Shown: piece by piece, positions 36,347-46,296 of the stretch
Position numbering within the stretch: the stretch's first letter is position 1
Layout: each line of letters starts with the position of its first letter
Assembly (NCBI GenBank): GCA_963762145.1
Contig: CAVXJS010000009.1
Span: 736,001 to 800,000 of the forward strand
Source of the DNA: an uncultured Candidatus Rokubacteria bacterium
GTDB taxonomy: Bacteria > Methylomirabilota > Methylomirabilia > Rokubacteriales > CSP1-6
Length of the DNA: 64,000 bases
Direction: 5' to 3'
Notes under the pieces: generated by a model
What the model saw: only the letters and a program-made list of their open reading frames with translations
What the model was told of the DNA's origin: nothing
Database searches by the model: none
Made by a program: the position numbers and the translations under genes

Positions 36347-38500
36347 ATGGCGGCAGACCGACGCTCCAAACGCGCCACGCTCGTCCGTCGGCGCTGGCTC
36401 CGCTGGGCGATGATGGCCGCGCTCGTGCTCGTGCTCGTGACGGGCCTTGGCGTCGCGGCCTCCGCTTTCTGGGTCCTCACCATCCTGCCCGGCTCGCTGC
36501 CCTCGGTCTCCCAGCTCGAGCGGTTCGACGCGAGCGAGGGCACCAAGGTCTACGACGACAACGACGAGCTCATCACCGAGTTCCACGTCGAGCGCCGCAT
36601 CTTCGTGCCCCTCGCCCAGATCCCCAAGGCGCTCCGCGAGGCGATCATCGCCACCGAGGACGCTCGGTTCTATTCCCACTACGGGGTGGATCCGATGGGG
36701 ATCGCGCGCGCGGTCTACCAGAACTTCCGGCGCGGGCGCATCGTGGAGGGCGGCAGCACCATCACCCAGCAGCTCGCCAAGGTGCTCTTCCTCACTCCCG
36801 ACAAGAGCCTCGAGCGCAAGCTCAAGGAGGCGGTGCTCGCCCTGGAGCTGGAGCGGCGCTACTCGAAGGACCGCATCATCGAGATGTACCTCAATCAGAT
36901 CTATTTCGGGCACGGGGCCTTCGGGGTCGAGGCGGCGGCCCGCACGTTCTTCGGCAAGTCGGTGACCGAGCTCAGCCTGTCCGAGTCCACGCTGCTGGCC
37001 GGCCTGCCCAAGGCCCCGTCCACCTACTCGCCCTTCGAGCACCCGGAAGCCGCCAAGCGCCGCCGCGCCACCGTGCTCGCGCGCATGGTGGACGTCGGCT
37101 GGCTGCCCGCGCCGCAGGCCAAGAAGGCGTCCGACAGCTCGCTCGGCCTCATCCCGCCCGAGCGCCGCCGCACCACCGGTCAGCACTATCTCGAGTACGT
37201 CCAGCAGCAGCTCGAGGCCCAGTACGGCGCCGACCTCGTGTTCAAGGGCGGCATGCAGGTCTACACTACCCTGTCGCCGCTGATGCAGGTCAAGGCCGAG
37301 CGCTCGCTGCGCGAGGGGCTCAAGGCACTCGAGTCGCGTCGGGTCGCCGCGGTCAAGGACAAGACCGTTCCCGCGCCCGAGCGCCCGGAGGGCGCGCTGC
37401 TCACCATCGATCCGCAGACCGGCTACATCAAGGCGATGGTGGGCGGCTACGACTTCTTCAAGAGCGAGTTCAACCGCGCGGTGCAGGCGCGCCGGCAGCC
37501 CGGGTCGGCGTTCAAGGCCTTCGTCTACCTGGCCGCGCTCGAGTCGGGTCAGACCCCCGCGAGCGTGGTGGACGACTCGCCCGTCGAGTTCCCTCCGGCC
37601 GCGCGGAACGGCAAGTCGTGGAAGCCCGAGAACTACGACCGCAAGTTCCGCGGGCTCATCACCTACCAGCAGGCACTGGAGGAGTCGGTGAACGTGGCGG
37701 CGGTCCGAGTGCTCGAGAAGAACGGCATCCGCCGCACGGTGGACATCGCCCGGCGGCTCGGGGTCGAGAGCCCGATGGGGGAGAACCTCTCGGTCGCGCT
37801 GGGGACGTCCGATCTCACGCTGCTCGAGATCACCTCCGCGTACGGTGCGCTCGCCAACCAGGGCAACTGGATACGGCCCACCGCCATCCGCTACGTGCTC
37901 GACTCGCAGCGGAAGCTGCTCGAGGAGAACACCCCGCAGGGCAAGCAGGTGGTCTCGCCCGAGCTCGCCTACGTCATGACCCACATGCTGCGGGGCACGA
38001 TCGAGCGTGGCACCGGCGCGGCGGCGCGGGCGCTGGCGCGGCCCGCGGCGGCCAAGACCGGCACCACCAACGACTACTCCAACGCGTGGTTCATCGGCTA
38101 TACCCCGCAGCTCGTCACCGGGGTGTGGGTCGGCTACGATCGTCCGCGCAGCCTGGGCAAGGACGAGACGGGCTCACGCGTCGCGGTCCCGATCTGGACC
38201 ACCTTCATGCACGAGGCGCTGGCCGGGACCGCGGTGGAAGACTTCCCGATTCCGGAGCGGGTGGTGCTGGTCCCGATCGATCTCAGCACCGCCGGGGGCT
38301 GCGTCCGGCCGGTGACCATGGCCTTCATCGCGGGCACCGAGCCGAAGGAAGCGTGCGGGCCCGCGCGGTACGCACCCGGGGTGTCCCCGCCGCGCGTCGA
38401 GCCGCCGCGGCTGGATCCGGCCCCGCTCCCCGCGCCCGGGGCCGCGCCGCCGGCGCCCGCCCTGCCGCCCCCGAACCCGACAACGCCGCCCCAGTCCTAG
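36347..38500 (+). CDS. mrcA: Class A penicillin-binding protein (PBP1A family)
   Basis: EDARFY.H.G, GGSTITQQLAK, RKLKE, QPGSAFK (SxxK), SVN, KTGT. Confidence 0.93.
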   Translation: MAADRRSKRATLVRRRWLRWAMMAALVLVLVTGLGVAASAFWVLTILPGSLPSVSQLERFDASEGTKVYDDNDELITEFHVERRIFVPLAQIPKALREAIIATEDARFYSHYGVDPMGIARAVYQNFRRGRIVEGGSTITQQLAKVLFLTPDKSLERKLKEAVLALELERRYSKDRIIEMYLNQIYFGHGAFGVEAAARTFFGKSVTELSLSESTLLAGLPKAPSTYSPFEHPEAAKRRRATVLARMVDVGWLPAPQAKKASDSSLGLIPPERRRTTGQHYLEYVQQQLEAQYGADLVFKGGMQVYTTLSPLMQVKAERSLREGLKALESRRVAAVKDKTVPAPERPEGALLTIDPQTGYIKAMVGGYDFFKSEFNRAVQARRQPGSAFKAFVYLAALESGQTPASVVDDSPVEFPPAARNGKSWKPENYDRKFRGLITYQQALEESVNVAAVRVLEKNGIRRTVDIARRLGVESPMGENLSVALGTSDLTLLEITSAYGALANQGNWIRPTAIRYVLDSQRKLLEENTPQGKQVVSPELAYVMTHMLRGTIERGTGAAARALARPAAAKTGTTNDYSNAWFIGYTPQLVTGVWVGYDRPRSLGKDETGSRVAVPIWTTFMHEALAGTAVEDFPIPERVVLVPIDLSTAGGCVRPVTMAFIAGTEPKEACGPARYAPGVSPPRVEPPRLDPAPLPAPGAAPPAPALPPPNPTTPPQS

Positions 38501-39972
38501 CCGGCGGCGACTCCGGCCGAGACGTCGGCCCAGCGCTTGCCCGCGAGCAGGTCCCCGAAGACGTTCGTGAGCTGGGACGCGGCGACGCGAATCTGCTCCA
38601 TCGAATCGCGGTCGCGGATCGTCACCTTGTCGTCGGCCCGCTCACCCTTGTCGGTGTCACCGACCGTCTGCACGTCCACCGTCACGCAGTAGGGCGTGCC
38701 CACCTCGTCCTGCCGGCGGTAGAGGCGTCCGATCGCGGCGGTGTCGTCGTAGACCGCGGTGAGCCGGCGAGAGAGCTCGTCTCGGATGGCGTGCGCCTTG
38801 CGCACGATGTCGTCGCGCTTCTTGAGCAGGGGCAGGACCGCCACCGAGACCGGGGCCAGCTCGGGATGCAGCCGCAGCACCACGCGCTTCTCGCCCCGGA
38901 CCTCCTCCTCGCGGTACGCGTCGGACAGGAAGGCGAGGAGGGCCCGGTCCACTCCCGCGGAGGGCTCGATGACGAAAGGCACGAGGTGCTCCTTGCGCTC
39001 CTCGTCGAAGTAGGTCAGCGTCTTTCCGCTGAACTTGGCGTGCTGCTTGAGATCGAAGTCGGTGCGGTTGGCGATGCCCATCAGCTCGCTCCAGCCGATC
39101 GGGAACCGGTACTGCACGTCCGCGGTGCGCTTGGAGTAGTGGGCCAGCTCGTCCCGCTCGTGCTCGTGCAGGCGCAGGTTCTCCGCCTGCAATCCGTAAC
39201 GCTGGAACCAGGCGAGGCAGTCCGCGATCCAGCGATCGTGCCAGTGCTCGTCGGCGGGGCGTCCGTCCACCGTCTCGTGGGGATTGACGAAGTACTCGAT
39301 CTCCATCTGCTCGAACTCGCGGCTCCGGAAGATGAAGTTCCCGGGCGTGATCTCGTTGCGGAAGGCCTTGCCGATCTGGCCGATGCCGAACGGGAGCTTG
39401 CGCCGCATGGACTGGAGGACGTTGTCGAAGTTGACGAAGATGCCCTGCGCGGTTTCCGGGCGCAGGTAGGTGACGGAGGCGTCCTCTTCGACCGGCCCCA
39501 TGAACGTCTTGAACATGAGATTGAAGTGGCGGGGCGGCGTCAGCTCGCCCTTGCCGCAATCGGGACAAAGGCTCCGCCGCGCCTCGCAATGCGAGCACGC
39601 TTCCCCCGCGGGGATCGTGAACTTGTTCCCCTTGGTGGCCGGGCAGTAGTGGATCCACGGGATCTCGTCGATCTGGTCGGCCCGGAAGCGATGGCGGCAC
39701 TCGCGGCAGTCCACCATGGGATCGGTGAAGTGATCAACGTGTCCGCTCGCCTTCCACACGGTGGGATGCATCAGGATGGACGCGTCGAGACCCACCATGT
39801 CGGGGCGCTGCTGGACGAAGTCGCGCCACCACACCTGCTTGATCTTGTTCTTCAGCTCGACCCCGAGCGGGCCGTAGTCCCAGCACGAGCCGGTGCCGCC
39901 GTAGATCTCGCTCGACTGGAAGATGAACCCGCGGCGCTTGCAGAGCGAGACGAGCGTCTCCATCGTGACCAT
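38497..39972 (-). CDS. glyQS: Glycyl-tRNA synthetase, alpha2 type
   Basis: LCKRRGFIFQSSEIYGG, YLRPETAQGIF, FRNEITP, RSREFEQME, IEPSAG. Confidence 0.96.
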   Translation of the reverse strand: MVTMETLVSLCKRRGFIFQSSEIYGGTGSCWDYGPLGVELKNKIKQVWWRDFVQQRPDMVGLDASILMHPTVWKASGHVDHFTDPMVDCRECRHRFRADQIDEIPWIHYCPATKGNKFTIPAGEACSHCEARRSLCPDCGKGELTPPRHFNLMFKTFMGPVEEDASVTYLRPETAQGIFVNFDNVLQSMRRKLPFGIGQIGKAFRNEITPGNFIFRSREFEQMEIEYFVNPHETVDGRPADEHWHDRWIADCLAWFQRYGLQAENLRLHEHERDELAHYSKRTADVQYRFPIGWSELMGIANRTDFDLKQHAKFSGKTLTYFDEERKEHLVPFVIEPSAGVDRALLAFLSDAYREEEVRGEKRVVLRLHPELAPVSVAVLPLLKKRDDIVRKAHAIRDELSRRLTAVYDDTAAIGRLYRRQDEVGTPYCVTVDVQTVGDTDKGERADDKVTIRDRDSMEQIRVAASQLTNVFGDLLAGKRWADVSAGVAAG

Positions 39973-40018
39973 GGCGGTCAGGATAGCACAGCGACGCGAG
40001 GGCTCCCCTCACCGGCCC

Positions 40019-40807
40019 TCACGGGCGCGGCGGAGTGGGCTCGGACACCAGGGACAGCGAGCGGCGCGTCTGGGCGAGGAAGCGCGAGGAAAGCGGATAG
40101 CGGCCCATGAGCCGCGCGACCAGGCCCTCCAGTACCGCGACCAGCTCCGCGTCGAGCTCGGGGACCAGGTTGAGCCGGAGCGCTTCGTCCCAGGAGAGCG
40201 CGCGAAGCCGCGTCAGGGTGCCCAGGAGCGCACCGGAGAGCGGCATCGCGTCGGCCCCCGGCCGGCAGCCCGCGCAGACGAGCCCTCCCGCGGTCACGTC
40301 GAGGGCCGCGTCCGGGAACGGGGCGGGCCGCCCGCACGCCACGCAGCGGTCGAGCCGCGGACGATGGCCCAGCAGATCCACCGCCCGCAGCCCGAAGCAG
40401 ACCGAGACCCGCGCGGGACGACGCGTCAGCTCGAGCGCGGCGAGGGCCCGGACGAGCAGCGCGAAGAGGGCGGGGTGGGGGTCGCGATCGGCCGAGAGGC
40501 GCGCGACCATCTCCACCGCCCACGCTCCCTGGCCGAGACGCTCCAGGTGCTCCCGCACCTTGACGAACGGGCGCACGATGTCGAAGTGATCCACCTGGAC
40601 CAGATCGCTCCGCCCGCCGTCGAAGAAGACCATCTCGCCGAGCGTGAAGAGCTCGAGCGCGCTCCCGAAGCGCGAACGGGGCCGCCGGGCCGCGCGGGCG
40701 ATGCCCCGCACCTTGCCGTACTCGCGGGTGTAGAAGTCCACCAGGCGGTCGCTCTCCCCGAAGGCGCGTCGCCCGATCACCACCGCACGGGTCTTGTGGA
40801 GCGGCAT
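40019..40807 (-). CDS. recO: DNA repair protein RecO
   Basis: FGESDRLV.FYT.EYGKV..IARAAR, CVAC...C.GC Zn motif; downstream of era. Confidence 0.93.
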   Translation of the reverse strand: MPLHKTRAVVIGRRAFGESDRLVDFYTREYGKVRGIARAARRPRSRFGSALELFTLGEMVFFDGGRSDLVQVDHFDIVRPFVKVREHLERLGQGAWAVEMVARLSADRDPHPALFALLVRALAALELTRRPARVSVCFGLRAVDLLGHRPRLDRCVACGRPAPFPDAALDVTAGGLVCAGCRPGADAMPLSGALLGTLTRLRALSWDEALRLNLVPELDAELVAVLEGLVARLMGRYPLSSRFLAQTRRSLSLVSEPTPPRP

Positions 40808-40808
40808 G

Positions 40809-41714
40809 TCAGGACGTGAGGAGGAAGCCGAACTCCCGGAGCGCCTTGTCGTCCTTGCGCCAGTCGGAGCGCACGCGCACGGTGAGGTCCAGGTAGACCT
40901 TGATGCCGAAAAAGCGCTCGAGATCGGCCCGGGCCGCGGCCCCGATGCGCTTGAGCATCGTCGCGCCCTTGCCGATCACGATCCCGCGCTGGGACTCGCG
41001 CTCCACGAAGATGATGGCCCGGATGTACAGGCACTCCGGTCGGTGGCGCTCGGTCAGCTCCTCCACCCGCACCGCGCAGGCGTACGGCACCTCCTGGTGG
41101 GTGAGCCGGAAAATCTTCTCCCGGATGGCCTCCGCGACCCAGAACGTCTCGGGCTGATCGGTGAGCGCGTCGGGCGGGAAGTAGGCCGGCCGCTCCGGGA
41201 GCGCGGCCACGATCAGGTCGAGCAGGCGGTCGCAATGCTCGCCGCGCTCGGCCGAGAGCGGGACGATCTCCGCGAACGGATAGGCCACGCGATAGGCCGC
41301 CATGAGCGGGAGCAGGCGTGCCTTCGGGCTGACCAGGTCGGTCTTGTTCAGGCAGCAGTAGACCGGCGCCCGGCAAGCCTTGAGCCGGTCGAGCGCGTCG
41401 CGGTCGAGGCGCGCCGGGTCCTCGGTCGCCTCCGCCACGAAGCAGGCGAGGTCGACGTCCTCCACCGCGCGGTCCGCCGTCCTGGACATGAACTGGCCGA
41501 GGCGCCCCGCCCCCGCGTGCAGTCCCGGGGTATCCACGAAGACGATCTGCGCGCCCGGCAGATGGCGGATTCCGGTGATGCGGGTGCGCGTCGTCTGGGG
41601 CCGCGGCGAGACGATCGCCATCTTCTCGCCGACCAGGCGGTTGAGCAGCGTGGACTTGCCCACGTTGGGCCGTCCGACGAGGGCCACGAAGCCCGCCCGG
41701 TGCGGCGATGCCAT
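40809..41714 (-). CDS. era: GTPase Era
   Basis: GRPNVGKSTL, PQTTR, DTPG, NKTD, KH domain IVIGKG. Confidence 0.97.
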   Translation of the reverse strand: MASPHRAGFVALVGRPNVGKSTLLNRLVGEKMAIVSPRPQTTRTRITGIRHLPGAQIVFVDTPGLHAGAGRLGQFMSRTADRAVEDVDLACFVAEATEDPARLDRDALDRLKACRAPVYCCLNKTDLVSPKARLLPLMAAYRVAYPFAEIVPLSAERGEHCDRLLDLIVAALPERPAYFPPDALTDQPETFWVAEAIREKIFRLTHQEVPYACAVRVEELTERHRPECLYIRAIIFVERESQRGIVIGKGATMLKRIGAAARADLERFFGIKVYLDLTVRVRSDWRKDDKALREFGFLLTS

Positions 41715-42178
41715 CAGGCCTCGAGGAGCCCGGCCCAGAGCCGCGCCGGGATCGCGCGCGGGGCCCGGCCGGCCAGGATCTCGCGCGCGCGCTCGTGCAT
41801 CCGGCGAGCCTGGCGCGGCTCGTGATCGTCGTAGCCGGCCAGGTGCAGAAGTCCGTGCACGACCAGCAGGTCCAGCTCGGTGGCGAGCGGCACCCCGAGC
41901 TGTCGCGCCTGGCGCGCCGCGGTCTCCACCGACACGATCACCTCGCCCCAGAGGCGGCCCGGGCCGGGGCCGGCCAGGTCGAACGCGAGCACGTCGGTCG
42001 CTCGCCGGATGCCGAGATAGCGCGTGTTGAGCGCCCGGATCCGGCGATCGTCCACCACCGTGACGTGGACCTCACGGTCGGCCCGGCCGAGCGCGGTGAG
42101 AGCCCGGCGGGCCACCGTGCGCAGACGCGCCGGCGATACGCGGGCCTTCCGCTGGAGATTGGAGACCGCGACCGGCAC
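41714..42178 (-). CDS. ybeY: rRNA maturation endoribonuclease YbeY
   Basis: LN..YLG..RATDVLAF, HGLLHLAGYDDH. Confidence 0.93.
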   Translation of the reverse strand: MPVAVSNLQRKARVSPARLRTVARRALTALGRADREVHVTVVDDRRIRALNTRYLGIRRATDVLAFDLAGPGPGRLWGEVIVSVETAARQARQLGVPLATELDLLVVHGLLHLAGYDDHEPRQARRMHERAREILAGRAPRAIPARLWAGLLEA

Positions 42179-42192
42179 GGCCGGGCCGGACC

Positions 42193-43179
<987 letters not shown>

Positions 43180-43209
43180 CGAAGGCTCATTCCTCTGCCC
43201 GCGAGCATA

Positions 43210-44997
43210 TCACGGGGATCCGAGCCCTTCCACGAGGCGGATCCCGAGGTCGCGAAGCTGCTTGGAGTCCACCGGAGCGGGCGCGTCGGTGAGCGGACAG
43301 GTGCCCTTCTGGGTCTTGGGGAACGCGATGACCTCCCGGATCGATTCCTGCCCCGCCATGTTGGCCGCGAGGCGGTCCAGGCCGAAGGCGATCCCGCCCA
43401 TGGGCGGCGCCCCGAACTCGAGGGCATCCAGGAGGAAGCCGAAGCGTGCCCGCGCATCGTCCTTGGAGATGCCGATGAGGCCGAAGACCCGCTCCTGGAC
43501 CGTGGGCTGGTGGATGCGGATCGAGCCGCCCGCCGCTTCCTGCCCGTTCAGCACGAGGTCGTAGGCCTTGGCGCGCGCGCGGCCCGGATCGGACTCCAGC
43601 AGTGGGATGTCCTCGTCGCGCGGCGCGGTGAAGGGATGGTGGACCGCGTCCCACCGCTTCTCGTCGGCGTTCCACTCGACGAGCGGGAAGTCGACGACCC
43701 AGGCGAAGACGTCACGATCGGTCGGGATCAGATTGAACCGACGCGCCAGGTCCACGCGCAGGCGCCCCAGCACGGTGGCCGCGACCGCGGGCGTATCGGC
43801 CACCAGCAGCAGCAGGTCGCCGGCCCCCCCGCCCAGCGCCTCCTGGAGCCGCGCCTGGACGCCCTGGATGAACTTGGCCACCGGGGACTGGAGCCCATCC
43901 GGGTTCACCTTGATCCAGACCAGCCCCTTGGCCCCGGCCTGCTTCGCCTCCGCGGTCAGATCGTCGAGCTCCTTGCGGCTCATGCCCCCCGCGCCGGGGA
44001 CCCGGAGCCCCTTCACCGCGCCGCCGGCGGCCACCGTCTGGGCGAAGGCCTGGAACTCGCCTCCCGCGAAGAGGGCCGAGCAGTCCTGGAGCTCCAACCC
44101 GAAGCGCAGATCGGGCTTGTCCGATCCGTAGCGGGCCATCGCCTCGTCGTACGGGATGCGCGGGAACGGCCGCTCGAGCTCGACGCCCTTCACGCGCCGC
44201 CACATCTCGGCGACCAGCCCTTCGATGATGGGAAGGAAGTCGTCGCGGTCGAGGAACGACGTCTCGATGTCGATCTGGGTGAACTCGGGCTGGCGGTCCT
44301 TCCGGAGATCCTCGTCGCGGAAGCAGCGCACGATCTGGAAGTAGCGCTCGAAGCCCGCCACCATCAGGAGCTGCTTGAAGAGCTGCGGCGACTGGGGGAG
44401 GGCGTAGAAGCTGCCCGGCTGCAGGCGGCTCGGCACGAGGAAGTCGCGCGCGCCCTCCGGGGTCGAGCGCGTCAGGAACGGCGTCTCCACCTCGAGGAAC
44501 GCCTCGCCGTGGAGGTAGTCCCGCGCGGCCCGGCAGATCTGGTCCCGGATCTGGAAGGCGCGCAGCACGTGCGGCCGCCGCATGTCGAGGTAGCGATACT
44601 TGAGCCGCAGCGTCTCGTCGATCTCCGCGTCGTCGTCGAGCTGGAAGGGCAGCGGCCGCGATTCGTTGAGGATGCGCACCTCGGAGACCTGCACCTCGAC
44701 GCCCCCGGTAGCCAGCTTCGGGTTCTCGGTGCCGGGCGGCCGCGCGGACACCGTCCCGCGCACCGCCAGCACGAACTCGGTCCGCACCGCCTCCGCCTTG
44801 GCGTGCGTCCCGCCGCCGGCGGCGGGGTTGAACACGCACTGGGTGAGGCCCTCCCGGTCGCGCAAGTCGATGAAGAGGAGGCCCCCATGGTCCCGACGGC
44901 GATACGCCCAGCCCATCAGGGTGACCGCCTGCCCCACGTGCTCGCTCCGCAGCGCGCCGCAGCTATGCGTCCGCCGCCAGCCGCCCAGGCTCTCCAT
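43210..44997 (-). CDS. aspS: Aspartyl-tRNA synthetase, probably non-discriminating
   Basis: RTHSCG, RRDHGG (His typical of ND-AspRS), LPQSPQLFKQ, CFRDEDLR, FPKT; gatCA in the window. Confidence 0.96.
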   Translation of the reverse strand: MESLGGWRRTHSCGALRSEHVGQAVTLMGWAYRRRDHGGLLFIDLRDREGLTQCVFNPAAGGGTHAKAEAVRTEFVLAVRGTVSARPPGTENPKLATGGVEVQVSEVRILNESRPLPFQLDDDAEIDETLRLKYRYLDMRRPHVLRAFQIRDQICRAARDYLHGEAFLEVETPFLTRSTPEGARDFLVPSRLQPGSFYALPQSPQLFKQLLMVAGFERYFQIVRCFRDEDLRKDRQPEFTQIDIETSFLDRDDFLPIIEGLVAEMWRRVKGVELERPFPRIPYDEAMARYGSDKPDLRFGLELQDCSALFAGGEFQAFAQTVAAGGAVKGLRVPGAGGMSRKELDDLTAEAKQAGAKGLVWIKVNPDGLQSPVAKFIQGVQARLQEALGGGAGDLLLLVADTPAVAATVLGRLRVDLARRFNLIPTDRDVFAWVVDFPLVEWNADEKRWDAVHHPFTAPRDEDIPLLESDPGRARAKAYDLVLNGQEAAGGSIRIHQPTVQERVFGLIGISKDDARARFGFLLDALEFGAPPMGGIAFGLDRLAANMAGQESIREVIAFPKTQKGTCPLTDAPAPVDSKQLRDLGIRLVEGLGSP

Positions 44998-46289
44998 CAC
45001 GCGCTCGTCTCCCCCGCCCCGCCCGCGCGCGGCTCGCGCCACTGCACCACGCCATCGGCCCCGAGCACGCCGATCTTCCGGTACCCGCGGATCTCGAGAT
45101 CCTGGAGCTGCTTGCCGAGCCGCTTGGCCCGCGCCTCCAGGAGCACGTGCTTGCCTTGCTCTCGCAGGTCGCGGGCGAGGGCCAGCACGGGCCCGAGGGT
45201 CGCCTCGGCCTCGTCGAAAACCAGCGCCACGCGCTCCCCTTCCACTTCGGCCGCCGGCCCGCGCTCGAGCAGGATCGAGATCACGCGCTCGAAGCCGATC
45301 GAGAAGCCGGTGGCGGGCACGTCCCGCCCGATGAACTTGCCGATCATCCGGTCGTAGCGCCCACCGCCCGCGATCGACGAGGCGCCTCCGCCGTGCTGGA
45401 CCTCGAAGATGGGGCCGGTGTAGTAGCCCATCCCGCGCACCAGCGTCGCGTCGAACGCGAGCCGGAAGCGGCCCGCCGCCTGGGTTTCGACGGTGTCGAG
45501 AACGCGCTGCAGGCCGCGCCACACGCCCTCGTCCACCTGCGCGCCCAGCAGCGCGCGCAGCACGGCCGGCGTGGAGCTCGAGGCGAGCAGGTCCAGCAGG
45601 CGGTCGACCGCGCCGGCGGCGTGCCCGGCCTCGCGCAGCTCGGCCGCCACCCCCTCCCGCCCGATCTTGTCGAGCTTGTCGAGCCCGATGAACACCGAGC
45701 CGGCCCGCGACGGGTCGAACCCGCAGTGGGCGACCGTGGCCCCGAGGAGACGGCGGTCGTTGATGCGGACGGTCAGGTCCTTGAGCCCCAGCGCGGCGAG
45801 CGCCTCGGTGGTGGCCAGGATCAGCTCGATCTCCGCGACCTCGGACGCGACCCCCAGGATGTCGATGTCGCACTGGGTGAACTGCCGGTAGCGGCCCTGC
45901 TGCGGCCGCTCGGCCCGCCACACCGGCCCGATCTGGATCGCCTTGAGCGGCTGGGGCAGCTTCGCGAGATTGTGGGCGTAGTAGCGGACGAGCGGCACCG
46001 TGAGATCGAACCGCAGGCCCAGATCCGCCAGGTCCTCCGCGCCCCCCGCCGCCGCGAGCTTCTCCCCGCGCTTCAAGATCTTGTAGATCAGCTTCTCGTT
46101 CTCCCCGCCGTCGCTCCGGAGCAGCAGGCGGAGGCTCTCCACCGCGGGCGTCTCGATGCGGACGAAGCCGTGGCGCCGATAGACGGTCAAGATCTGGGCC
46201 ATGGCCCAGTCGCGAAGCGCGGCTTCCTCGGGGAGCACGTCCCGCATGCCGCGGGGCGGCGAGGCGTCGAGGCGGGGCGGGTTCGTCAG
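44997..46289 (-). CDS. hisS: Histidyl-tRNA synthetase; first ATG at 46247, conserved PRG motif lies upstream of it
   Basis: PPRGMRD, LRFDLTVPL, RAERPQ.GRYRQF.Q, RGMGYYTG, GGGRYD. Confidence 0.95.
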   Translation of the reverse strand: MTNPPRLDASPPRGMRDVLPEEAALRDWAMAQILTVYRRHGFVRIETPAVESLRLLLRSDGGENEKLIYKILKRGEKLAAAGGAEDLADLGLRFDLTVPLVRYYAHNLAKLPQPLKAIQIGPVWRAERPQQGRYRQFTQCDIDILGVASEVAEIELILATTEALAALGLKDLTVRINDRRLLGATVAHCGFDPSRAGSVFIGLDKLDKIGREGVAAELREAGHAAGAVDRLLDLLASSSTPAVLRALLGAQVDEGVWRGLQRVLDTVETQAAGRFRLAFDATLVRGMGYYTGPIFEVQHGGGASSIAGGGRYDRMIGKFIGRDVPATGFSIGFERVISILLERGPAAEVEGERVALVFDEAEATLGPVLALARDLREQGKHVLLEARAKRLGKQLQDLEIRGYRKIGVLGADGVVQWREPRAGGAGETSA

Positions 46290-46296
46290 GGCAGAC

